From an uncultured Bacteroidota bacterium (GTDB lineage: Bacteria > Bacteroidota > Bacteroidia > Chitinophagales > Chitinophagaceae): a stretch of DNA of 64,000 nucleotides. Positions 27,630-36,518 of this stretch are shown piece by piece. The position numbers and the translations under genes were made by a program. A model generated the notes under the pieces. The model was not told where the DNA came from. It saw only the letters and a list, made by a program, of their open reading frames with translations, and made no database searches. The stretch's first letter is position 1; every line of letters starts with the position of its first letter. The stretch spans positions 8,422-72,421 of the forward strand of contig CAILLK010000117.1 in assembly GCA_903835005.1 (NCBI GenBank), read 5' to 3'.

Positions 27630-29177
27630 TTAACGGCGCGAAGCCCATGTTTGTATTCCAGGGTGGTCGGGGTCATCACCATGATATACAGCCAGTACAC
27701 CGTCATCGCGCAGCATTGCTATGAAGCGCTTTCCTCCTGCATTACATTCGGCAGCAAAGTATACACCCCTGTTATCTCCCGGGCCAGTGCCTTTGTAGGC
27801 GCAAAAATTGCCATCATCCTGCATAATCAGAAAGAAATCATGGCCATCCGAATGATGGTTGCTCGACCATACCTGAGCGCCTTTAAAGTTGGGGCCTGCG
27901 CCATTATAGATGGCAAAATTTCCGTCTTGTTCCATCTGCATGAAATACTGACGATTGCCTGATATCAGATAGTCACCGGTTTTTAGAAAATCATTGGTTT
28001 TCAAAAAAGGGTATTCAGTGCCGGTATAATACGTTACCGGGGGTGTTGGCGGAGTTGGCGGAGTAGGAGGAACAGGTTGTGCGGGCATACCCATATTCAT
28101 AGGTGTGGCGCTGGATATTTTCATCTTCAGGTCTCCTTTCTTGTATTTCAGGCTGTAGGTAATATTGGTATAGTTGCCGTTTATATCCTTCATAATAGCT
28201 GCCCGCTTGGTTATAGAGCCTTTGGAAGTATCATCAAAGATTACTTTAAGGCTGTACGAGCCTTCAGCAAGGCCATCTGCCTTTACATTGGGCTGCCCCA
28301 CATCATTTCTGGCCTGGCCGTTAACCAGCAGCCGGAAATTATCGCCATCCTCCGAAAATACGGTAATAACGCCCGATCCATAGCCGGAACCGGAATTCAT
28401 ACCTGTACTTACAGGCTGTGGATTGCTGTAGTTTGCATCGGTATTCATCCCCTGGTTAACGGGTTGAGTGTTGCCATAGCTGGAGCCAACATTCATATTG
28501 ATACTGGCTGGCTGAGCGCCGCCATTATTATTTGCATGGAGTCCCAGATTTATATCCAGTTTCAGGTTCGACTGGACCTGCACAGGCTCATTGCCCCCAT
28601 TGTTATATCCCCGGTCATGATCATCATGATGATGGTCGCGGTAAGCATAATAATCGTTCACATCACCTGCCGGCACCATCTTCCATTGGTGATTGGGCTG
28701 ATTAGTCTGATTGGGGTCGAATGACCACAACATCAGTGCGCGGTCAGGGGTATTATTGTCTATAACGCGGCCACTGGCAATGCAGGAAATATAGAAAACG
28801 TCCTGCATTGCCGGAATGAGGCTCCATTGCTGGTTTTGCCCGCCTGTCCTGTCCCATAGCATCACAAGGGTGCCATCCTGGGCCAATGTTGCATTTTCAG
28901 CGGTTAAATATTTACCATTGGCGCGGCAGGTGATTTCAAAGACATTATAAGATACTTCTCTGAAATCCCATATCTGATTCGAATTGGCCTGATTCGGATT
29001 GCCTGTATGTATGTGGGTGCCGTTTGTATACTTGTTACTGGCGCCTGCATCGTCACCGTCACAATACTGGTTGGTGTATATGCTTTGCAGGTACACCGAA
29101 AAATGCCTGTTCTGAGCATTCGTGTTTATGCTCCAAAGCAGGATTGCTGCTAATAAAAAAATACTGATCTTTTTCAT
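27630..29177 (-). CDS. Secreted chimeric lectin: N-terminal ricin-B-type beta-trefoil, low-complexity middle, PT linker, C-terminal bulb-type (monocot mannose-binding-like) lectin domain
   Basis: Signal peptide MKKISIFLLAAILLWSINTNAQ. QxW-type motifs NQIWDF, QQWSL and HQWKM. Linker PPTPPTPPTPP. C-terminal MEQDGNFAIY, MQDDGNFCAY and LRDDGVLAVY resemble the QxDxNxVxY triplet of B-lectins. Confidence 0.65.
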   Translation of the reverse strand: MKKISIFLLAAILLWSINTNAQNRHFSVYLQSIYTNQYCDGDDAGASNKYTNGTHIHTGNPNQANSNQIWDFREVSYNVFEITCRANGKYLTAENATLAQDGTLVMLWDRTGGQNQQWSLIPAMQDVFYISCIASGRVIDNNTPDRALMLWSFDPNQTNQPNHQWKMVPAGDVNDYYAYRDHHHDDHDRGYNNGGNEPVQVQSNLKLDINLGLHANNNGGAQPASINMNVGSSYGNTQPVNQGMNTDANYSNPQPVSTGMNSGSGYGSGVITVFSEDGDNFRLLVNGQARNDVGQPNVKADGLAEGSYSLKVIFDDTSKGSITKRAAIMKDINGNYTNITYSLKYKKGDLKMKISSATPMNMGMPAQPVPPTPPTPPTPPVTYYTGTEYPFLKTNDFLKTGDYLISGNRQYFMQMEQDGNFAIYNGAGPNFKGAQVWSSNHHSDGHDFFLIMQDDGNFCAYKGTGPGDNRGVYFAAECNAGGKRFIAMLRDDGVLAVYHGDDPDHPGIQTWASRR

Positions 29178-29207
29178 TGTTTTGTTTTTTCGTTAAGCTG
29201 AAGGTTG

Positions 29208-29242
29208 TACCTACTCTTTCTAGGCTTTTCGGTTTCCGCCTG
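29208..29242 (-). promoter_or_regulatory. Conserved upstream motif, copy 2
   Basis: On the plus strand, TACCTACTCTTTCTAGGCTTTTCGGTTTCCGCCTG. It ends 30 nt upstream of ATG 29177 and is part of a ~100 nt block homologous to 27488-27586. Confidence 0.55.
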
Positions 29243-29337
29243 TAGTGATTTATTTTAATGTTTGAGTTAAGGATAGTAACCTGATTCTGATTTCAGATTG
29301 GCCGGGCCTGATTGGTGTAGCCAGTTTTTTAAATTCT

Positions 29338-30246
29338 TTATTCCAGAATCAGTTTTTTGGATTCCATGCCTGTTTCACCTGCGAGTGTAACGATGTAGCT
29401 CCCTTTATTTAAATCGTTAAGTTCCAGCAATAAGTTATTGTTGCCGGTAGCTACTTGGGCCGTAATATTTTTAATGAGATGTCCGGCAATGTCCGTAATA
29501 TAGATATTGACATTTCCGTTATTTATACTGTAGTAACTGATGTGAGCATTGCCCTTTGCAGGATTAGGATAGATTATGGTTTCCGGATGCTCCGTAACCT
29601 GCGCGACTCCCGATGCCACAGTGCCTGAAAAAGCAAGATTATCAAGGTATATATAGCTGCCTGACACAGGCGTAGTAGCGCTCGATGATACCAGGATCAT
29701 AGCCGTATCCGGGTATTTACCGTCCTTATAGGTAAGTGGTATACTGAAGGTAGCCCAGGTTGTTTGTGTAGTGGGAAGGCCGGGTACGGCATAAGTGGTA
29801 AATGATACGGTATCCTTCCTGCCCAGCGTAGCATTCCATTTAGATAAAAGTACTATAATCTGGGCGTGGTCGGCGCCTGATGCCTGGTATTGCCAGCTTC
29901 CGGTAAGATTCTGCGGGCGGGTGGTATTGGCAAAGCCACCGTTAACACCATAGGTAGTGCCCGATAAACTTATGGATCCGGTTACGGCGACTCCGGGTAT
30001 AACAGCCGTAAGCACTGTTTTAGAAGTTAGTTTCAGGTAATAGGATCCGCCGCCGGTTGCGCCGCCGGTACCTTTTTCGCAGTTATAAACGCTGGCCAGA
30101 GAAGTCAAAGAATCGGTATTGCCCCAGCCGTTGGGTGTATTATAACCTGTATGTGCGGTCCAGGTTTCGAAGCTCGCATTGGGTATCTGTGCAATTGCTG
30201 CACAAGATATCATCAACGATAAAAATAAAATAGAACAGTTTTTCAT
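29338..30246 (-). CDS. Secreted protein with T9SS type A C-terminal sorting domain (N-terminal region possibly a PCMD-like carbohydrate-binding domain)
   Basis: Signal peptide. N-terminal PNASFETWTAHTGYNTPNGWGNTDSL. C-terminal IIYPNPAKGNAHISYYS...NIYITDIAGHLIKNI...GSYIVTLAGETGMESKKLILE. Confidence 0.65.
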   Translation of the reverse strand: MKNCSILFLSLMISCAAIAQIPNASFETWTAHTGYNTPNGWGNTDSLTSLASVYNCEKGTGGATGGGSYYLKLTSKTVLTAVIPGVAVTGSISLSGTTYGVNGGFANTTRPQNLTGSWQYQASGADHAQIIVLLSKWNATLGRKDTVSFTTYAVPGLPTTQTTWATFSIPLTYKDGKYPDTAMILVSSSATTPVSGSYIYLDNLAFSGTVASGVAQVTEHPETIIYPNPAKGNAHISYYSINNGNVNIYITDIAGHLIKNITAQVATGNNNLLLELNDLNKGSYIVTLAGETGMESKKLILE

Positions 30247-30281
30247 AAATTCAAATTTTGAATGGTGAATGTTTACTATTG

Positions 30282-30320
30282 TTCCTACTCTTTTTACGGG
30301 TTTTCAGATTCCCCCTCCCG
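30282..30320 (-). promoter_or_regulatory. Conserved upstream motif, copy 3 (diverged)
   Basis: On the plus strand, TTCCTACTCTTTTTACGGGTTTTCAGATTCC... It shares CCTACTCTTTT and GG-TTTTC-G-TTCC with copies 1 and 2, and ends 35 nt upstream of ATG 30246. Confidence 0.4.
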
Positions 30321-30627
30321 CTTTATTTGCCTGTGCGGAGCAGGCCCTTTTTTTAGTGGTTTCGGATCCAGTATCAATGTAGCTACCAGTTGATGATGCA
30401 AATGTCTAAAGAGTTCGGAAGCACTGTAAGAGCAGAAATAACCGAATTTAAAAACAGAGCTTTTTATCCGTTTTTGAAAAACATACAGGTATAAATACCT
30501 GTTTTTGAACTAAAAAACCTTTAAGTACAGATTAGGTATTGATTTCTTAGCTTTATTTGCCCTGCAATCAAAAAAATCAATAATTGCACAAACAAAATTT
30601 CTCTTAACCTCTAAAAACAAAAAAGAA

Positions 30628-31230
30628 ATGAAAAACAAACTGTTTACTGTCCTACTGACAATTGGTGTAACCGCTGCTGCTACATTTATTTTTACCATCA
30701 CTGCCTGTAATAATAAAAGTGAAGGAATTGATAAAACAGTACCTGATAATCAAGGAACAAATTGCAATGAAATTGCAAAATTCAACACTAGTTTATTACA
30801 TCCTGTAAATAAAGCTATACAGGATATAAATTATTTCTACACTAAATGTCAGAATACAGTTGATTCAAATGGCAATCCGGCCTTTACACCTGTAAGCTGC
30901 TTTACAGTCCGTGCTCAGGATTTATGTATTGCTCTTGGATTACCTGATACTGTATTTACATTCAAGTATGTGCGTGCTTATATAGGATATAGCGCAGACA
31001 GCAACCGGTTTAAACTGTATTTTGTTCCAGTATTGGGTGGTTGCCTGGCCAATAACGATGCTGGAAATGATATTTTGATTAATAGTAATGGAATTCCCGA
31101 TACTACTAATAGTTTATCTGCGTTAACTAACAATTTATATGTTTTAGATTTAATAACTCCATGCCCTTCAGTTTGCCCTAAAAACAACATTATTTATCAG
31201 GGAGGCGGTCCCAATTCATTAAAAAAATGA
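30628..31230 (+). CDS. Putative lipoprotein, family not recognised
   Basis: Signal peptide plus lipobox (TFIFTITAC). The stop overlaps the next start (ATGA at 31227-31230). Confidence 0.5.
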   Translation: MKNKLFTVLLTIGVTAAATFIFTITACNNKSEGIDKTVPDNQGTNCNEIAKFNTSLLHPVNKAIQDINYFYTKCQNTVDSNGNPAFTPVSCFTVRAQDLCIALGLPDTVFTFKYVRAYIGYSADSNRFKLYFVPVLGGCLANNDAGNDILINSNGIPDTTNSLSALTNNLYVLDLITPCPSVCPKNNIIYQGGGPNSLKK

Positions 31231-31889
31231 ACCGGTTCATCCTTGCAATAATCTACATTTCTTTGCTGCCCATACTGGCATCAGTTATTCTGGCTGCTAA
31301 AAATTATCGTAAATCAGGAAAATCCATAAAAGCATTTTCCTGGTTTATCTTTTTGTCTGGATTTATACAGTTTATATCATCGGCTTCACCCTGGATATTT
31401 GCAAACAATATGCCGTTCCTCCATCTTTATGTAGCAGCCGGCTTACCCTGCCTGGTATGGTTTTATAAAACAGTATTGGATGGTTTTATCAGTTCCCGTA
31501 TCATGTGGGGTATTGCAGTGGCTTTCCTGGTTTTTACGATTATTAATTCCCTGTTTTTTCAGGATATCTTCCATTTCAATTCCTATGCCCTTTTTGCAGA
31601 GGCGCTGATTATAATAATCCTGGCTTTGTTTACATTTATGTTCTTACTGAATAATACAATGAGGGAAACAGGCATACCTGATATTAAGAGCATTACCTGG
31701 ATCAATGCTGGCTTGTTTATTTATTACCTTACATGCCTGATGTTGTATTATTTCGGTGAAACATTATTTAGCCGTTATTCGAGAGAACTCCTCAATTATA
31801 CATGGTTATTTCATGATATTGTTTCAATGGTTATGTACTGTTGCTTTTTTATTGGCTTATGGAAACGATCAAAAACCCCGTCTATATAG
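31227..31889 (+). CDS. 6-7 TM membrane protein (possible accessory sensor or detached N-terminal domain of the adjacent histidine kinase)
   Basis: Hydrophobic throughout. Its 3' end overlaps the kinase ORF in another frame, and a T6 run lies at 31845-31850. Confidence 0.5.
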   Translation: MNRFILAIIYISLLPILASVILAAKNYRKSGKSIKAFSWFIFLSGFIQFISSASPWIFANNMPFLHLYVAAGLPCLVWFYKTVLDGFISSRIMWGIAVAFLVFTIINSLFFQDIFHFNSYALFAEALIIIILALFTFMFLLNNTMRETGIPDIKSITWINAGLFIYYLTCLMLYYFGETLFSRYSRELLNYTWLFHDIVSMVMYCCFFIGLWKRSKTPSI

Positions 31890-32671
31890 ATGTCCTTATT
31901 CCGCTCATGGTCATCATCTTCATTATTGGGGTGGGGGTGGTGCTGTTGTACCAGCATTTTCAGAAAAACCTGTTTATCCATAAATTAAAACAGGAGACCC
32001 TGAAAGCCAATTACCATAACGACCTGCTGCGCTCCAATATCAAAGCCGAAGAAGAAGAACGGAAACGGATTGCTCAGGACCTGCACGATGAAATGGGGGC
32101 GGTACTTTCCATCATGCGCATGAACCTGGTACTGCTGGAGCAACAAAGCCAGCAGACTAATGTGTCACTTACCCCGGGACTTGAAAATGTGCGCAAGCTT
32201 ACCGAGAATGCCATTACCAGTATGCGCAATATCAGTCACCGGCTCATGCCCCCGCAACTGGAGACCTTCGGCCTGGTTAAAACCCTGGAAGCCGTAGCCA
32301 GGCAAATAAGCGAATCCGGGAAAACAGTCATTCATATTCATACACCTGATCAAATGCCTGATCTGCCATGGGGCATAAAACTCGGCTTGTACCGAATAGT
32401 TATGGAGCTGATCAATAATACCATCAAGCACTCAGGCGCAACGCAGGTTACCATTGATATCCACAGCAGTAATGAGCAAGTTGTTTGCCAGTATACTGAT
32501 AATGGAAAAGGCATTAATAAAGCAGATTCTGGCAACGGCCTTGGCTTTAAGAGCATAGAGGGCAGAATCAATGCAATGAATGGTTTTTTTGAAATTGACA
32601 CAGTACAAGGGCATGGTTTTAAGGCGGCTATCCGGATACCATTGGTCCCTTTGCAAAATGAAGGAGTTTAG
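31859..32671 (+). CDS. Sensor histidine kinase, HisKA_3 (NarX/LiaS/DesK-like) class
   Basis: One TM segment (VLIPLMVIIFIIGVGVVLLY). H-box RIAQDLHDEMGAVLS, N-box ELINNTIKHSGA, G-boxes DNGKGI and GNGLGFKSIEGR. The ORF track start TTG 31841 was replaced by ATG 31859. Confidence 0.8.
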   Translation: METIKNPVYIDVLIPLMVIIFIIGVGVVLLYQHFQKNLFIHKLKQETLKANYHNDLLRSNIKAEEEERKRIAQDLHDEMGAVLSIMRMNLVLLEQQSQQTNVSLTPGLENVRKLTENAITSMRNISHRLMPPQLETFGLVKTLEAVARQISESGKTVIHIHTPDQMPDLPWGIKLGLYRIVMELINNTIKHSGATQVTIDIHSSNEQVVCQYTDNGKGINKADSGNGLGFKSIEGRINAMNGFFEIDTVQGHGFKAAIRIPLVPLQNEGV

Positions 32672-32874
32672 TATGTCTATCCCATTGGATAAAAAGCGAA
32701 CTTGTTTTTTTTAATTTGGACCCTTTTGTTGTTCCATATTTATAAAAAATAAAGAGTCTGAAAATATTCGACCCAAATTGGAGCTAATAGAAATGGAAGA
32801 TTTTTTTAAGCACTATAATATTCCTGATTTTCAGAAAAAATACATAAGTTTATAGTGTTTTATTTCAAAACGCT

Positions 32875-33546
32875 ATGCCCGATAAAATTTTGGTAGGACT
32901 GGTAGAAGACCAATACCTCTTCAGGGAAGGAATGAAAGCCATACTCAATACCTGGCCGGATATAGAAGTGGTATTCGAATCGGCAGAAGGGTATTGTGTG
33001 TCTGAGAAACTCAGCAACGCTGCTCATATCCCCGATGTAATGCTGGTAGATCTCTCTCTGCCGCCCAACGGCAAAACAGAATTCAGCGGGCTGCATGTAA
33101 CCCAATACCTGACAGGGGCATACCCGCAAATGAAAATTATTATCCTCTCGGTGCATGATGATGAAAACTTTATCAACCAGCTTATAGAGTGCGGCGCCCA
33201 TGGCTACCTGGTAAAAGACTGCAATCCGCAGGAGGTATACGAAGCCATACTGAGCGTCTATAAAAGAGGTTCTTATATCAATGAAAAGACCCTGAAAGCC
33301 ATTCAGCGGAATATGGGCAAAAAGCCCGGACAGAAAAAGATCAGCGCTGAACTTACCAACCGCGAGGAGGAGATACTCCGCCTGGTGTGCCAGCAGTATA
33401 CTGCCGAGGAGATAGCCGATCAGCTCTTCATAAGTGTAAAAACCGTAAACGGCCACCGCAACAACCTGCTGCTTAAAACCGGCTCCCGCAATGCAACCGG
33501 CCTGGTTTTATTCGCAGTGAGGAACAATATAATTACTGTGGTATGA
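32875..33546 (+). CDS. Response regulator, NarL/LuxR family
   Basis: Receiver domain (LVEDQYLFREG..., DVMLVDLSLP) and C-terminal LuxR HTH (LTNREEEILRLVCQQYTAEEIADQLFISVKTVNGHRNNLLLK). Confidence 0.9.
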   Translation: MPDKILVGLVEDQYLFREGMKAILNTWPDIEVVFESAEGYCVSEKLSNAAHIPDVMLVDLSLPPNGKTEFSGLHVTQYLTGAYPQMKIIILSVHDDENFINQLIECGAHGYLVKDCNPQEVYEAILSVYKRGSYINEKTLKAIQRNMGKKPGQKKISAELTNREEEILRLVCQQYTAEEIADQLFISVKTVNGHRNNLLLKTGSRNATGLVLFAVRNNIITVV

Positions 33547-33669
33547 TCCAGTAATTTTCTTAATTTTATACTTCTCATGGGATAAATTCGGGAATCGCAT
33601 ACATAGAAAAACAGATGATTGTTTCTGTGAGCCCCGCCGAACCACCATTGCAGAGCATATATTCTTAGT

Positions 33670-36441
33670 TTGCACAATGATCTAAAACCAAAAACTTATC
33701 CTTTACAGAGTATAAGCAATAAATTAAGGCACACTTTGAACAATCCTTCACCCAAAAAAATAAAAGCGCCAAAGGTTGAGCAGGTATCTCAATTGGCAAC
33801 AGATACTGCTGAATTGCAGTTAAATGACTCTATTGAATTAAAATCAGAACTCCTTCGCTGGATATTTTCAATTTCAGGTGCTATTCTGGTTTTTATACTG
33901 TTTGCAATCATAATGCAGTCTGTATATCACCCGGATATTGACCAGCTAAAAAGAACTGCCCAAAGCCTGTTGATAGAATATCAGCGGGTGCTGCCTGAAC
34001 CTGTAGAAGCACTCCTGTTCAGATCTGGTATCGTTATCATCCTGTCGTCCTTGTTCGGGTTTTATACATTTTTCTCCCGGAGCAAGCTGGTGGTTTCGCT
34101 GGCTTCAAAACGGGCATTTACTATTATTTCTATCTCAGCAATTGCGTTAATAGCTGCGGTTATAATCATTGATTTCACAGCACCCAACCTCTCTGATTTC
34201 GGCGGCAGGCGCTTCCCACCCGCCGATCCCGGTTATACCAACAACAATTTCAACTTTTATTTCAATGAGTTTTTCCTGGGCCGGTTTCTGTGGCTGTATG
34301 TGCTATTGGTAGTACCTGCAATAGTTATTTTCTTTTTAAAAGGATTAAAAATACTGAATTGGGAAACCTCTAAAAATTACAGGATTCTGGTTCCTTTTAT
34401 TGGTTATCTGGTTACGGGAGCAGTGGTGCTGGCGATAATACTTATGAACATTTTCAGTGCTCCCTATTCTGTAGATAATACCATTGATTTCAATGCAGTA
34501 TATTATTCTATGACCCAGGTTTATGCCGGGGTGCCAATGCTTGTAAATGGTTTTACCAACACCTATGGTCTTTATCCTCACTTTTTAAACCCGCTTTTTC
34601 AATTAATAGGGCTAAATATTTTTAAGTTTACACTGGTTTTATCCTTGCTGCTGGGGTTGTGTTTTGTGCTTAATTTCCTGGCGCTTCGCAAATTTGTGCG
34701 CAACCCGGTCATACTGTTCCTGGGTTTTGCCACTATGCTATTTTTTTCCTATCTCGACCGCAAACTCCTCAACTTTTTCGATTGCTATTTCGCGCTCTTT
34801 CCTATAAGATACCTTGCACCATCGGTACTTGTTTTTCTTGAATGCGGTTATGCGCTAAAGCCGTCCCGCTGGCTCTATTGGGTCATGCTTGCAGGCATGG
34901 CATTTTTCGTGCTCTGGAATCCCGAAATGGGCCTGGTGAGCTATGTCTCCATGGTTCTGTTCTTTGTTTATACCGACTTTTTTACTGCGGATGGCAAAAC
35001 GGCTATAAAGAAAATAGCCGCTCACTTCATTTCGGGAATAGTGGTATTGCCATTGGTATTTTACGTTTATAAAATGCTTATTTACGTTTTCTATGGTTCA
35101 GCACCCGATCTTTCCTTGCTGTTCAGCACTATGGCAGTATTCAGTAAAGTAGGCTTCGGGCTGCTGCCAATGGCACTTGTACACCCATGGAACCTGGTTG
35201 TCTTAATACTGATTTCAGGGTTTGCATATGCGCTTATGCAGTGGTATAAAAAAACGGTAACACCCAAATCTTCAATGGTCTTTTTACTCTCGCTGATAGG
35301 TGTGGGGTACCTGTTTTATTACCAGGGCCGGAGCCATAGTGTCAATTTATCTGTTAGTACCGGTTTCTGCATACTCATGCTTACTATTCTGGGCGATGAA
35401 CTTTGGACGGTTGTTAAAAGCGCTAAAATCCTTGCCCTTAATGTACTCTTTGTAGTGTTCCTTTTTCTGATTTCTTTCTCATTTATTGAATTGATTGCAG
35501 GCGCTGGTAAAATATACAGTATGGTCACCGGTCAGGATAAAGAAGATAAGGACATTTCTCAGCGCTTTCTCGATAGTAACCGCAACCTGGTAATTAATAA
35601 CACGAGTGAAAATGAAAAGATTATGTTGCTCACTGTAGCCAAATATCAGTCCCTGTATTTCGATGATACTAAGCTGCGGTCAGCATTTCAACCCGGCTTT
35701 GTGGAGTTGTTCCTTAATTCCGATTTAGACCGTTTGAATAACCTGCTCAGGAATTCCTCATTCTCGGTATTTATCGAACCAACCATGTTCGATTATCCTT
35801 ATTTTCAGAAGACAAACGCTGCCATAGGAGCCTGCTATGAGTTCAAAAGTTTTGGTAAATCTATGGTTATGCTCAAAAGGCGCAATTTACCCATCCCTTC
35901 AGCCAGTTTTTTCATGGATACCAGCAACGTTGTTTTTCATCGCAAATACAAGGACGATTCAACTGGAATCAGTGCCCGTATAAATGATGCTTTTGGTACT
36001 TCAGCTTTGTCTATTCCTCCCCGGTTCAGTGTTCAAATACTGTTCTCTACCCGAATCCAGATATTCAAGAACGCAACACTTATCGGCAATCAAGCCGATT
36101 CTGGCGGCTTTGCAATAAAAAACGTGTTCAATTCCCCCGATTACACTTTTGGCATCAATAATGAAGGAGTAAGGTTGCATCTGCCACAAAACAAATGGGT
36201 CTATACGGTAATGAATGTTTATCCAGATCATATAGCTATATACCTGAACGGCACACTTGCCACCACCTGCCCGCTCACCAAACCAATGATTCAGTCAGGA
36301 ATGCCACTGACAATTGGAAACCTGGTTCACCAGCAATTTTATACCGGCGCAATAGCCGAAGTAGCCATTACCGGGAGTTGTTTGTCGCCGGAACAGATTC
36401 AGGAAACTTGGGGGAGAATAGAGAAAGGGGTGGGGAATTAG
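33670..36441 (+). CDS. Large polytopic membrane protein with C-terminal LamG/concanavalin-like domain
   Basis: About 600 aa with a dozen or more TM segments. The C-terminal ~200 aa carry Laminin_G_3-like strings (VYPDHIAIYLNGTLA, QQFYTGAIAEVAITGSCLSPEQI). The start is uncertain: TTG 33670 is the ORF-track start, and the first in-frame ATG would remove TM1. Confidence 0.5.
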   Translation: MHNDLKPKTYPLQSISNKLRHTLNNPSPKKIKAPKVEQVSQLATDTAELQLNDSIELKSELLRWIFSISGAILVFILFAIIMQSVYHPDIDQLKRTAQSLLIEYQRVLPEPVEALLFRSGIVIILSSLFGFYTFFSRSKLVVSLASKRAFTIISISAIALIAAVIIIDFTAPNLSDFGGRRFPPADPGYTNNNFNFYFNEFFLGRFLWLYVLLVVPAIVIFFLKGLKILNWETSKNYRILVPFIGYLVTGAVVLAIILMNIFSAPYSVDNTIDFNAVYYSMTQVYAGVPMLVNGFTNTYGLYPHFLNPLFQLIGLNIFKFTLVLSLLLGLCFVLNFLALRKFVRNPVILFLGFATMLFFSYLDRKLLNFFDCYFALFPIRYLAPSVLVFLECGYALKPSRWLYWVMLAGMAFFVLWNPEMGLVSYVSMVLFFVYTDFFTADGKTAIKKIAAHFISGIVVLPLVFYVYKMLIYVFYGSAPDLSLLFSTMAVFSKVGFGLLPMALVHPWNLVVLILISGFAYALMQWYKKTVTPKSSMVFLLSLIGVGYLFYYQGRSHSVNLSVSTGFCILMLTILGDELWTVVKSAKILALNVLFVVFLFLISFSFIELIAGAGKIYSMVTGQDKEDKDISQRFLDSNRNLVINNTSENEKIMLLTVAKYQSLYFDDTKLRSAFQPGFVELFLNSDLDRLNNLLRNSSFSVFIEPTMFDYPYFQKTNAAIGACYEFKSFGKSMVMLKRRNLPIPSASFFMDTSNVVFHRKYKDDSTGISARINDAFGTSALSIPPRFSVQILFSTRIQIFKNATLIGNQADSGGFAIKNVFNSPDYTFGINNEGVRLHLPQNKWVYTVMNVYPDHIAIYLNGTLATTCPLTKPMIQSGMPLTIGNLVHQQFYTGAIAEVAITGSCLSPEQIQETWGRIEKGVGN

Positions 36442-36518
36442 TTCCAGGCGATGGTTTCTTCTATATATTCTGTGTTTGATTGTTTCAGCTGCAATACTAC
36501 ACTTGCCATTTTCCCTCC

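Noticed and set aside
28077-28724. 215-aa plus-strand ORF inside the ricin/B-lectin gene
   Set aside because: It is antisense to a gene with a signal peptide and clear lectin motifs, so it is a shadow ORF.
32860-33456. 198-aa minus-strand ORF opposite the response regulator
   Set aside because: The plus-strand frame has unambiguous receiver and LuxR HTH motifs. The antisense frame has none.
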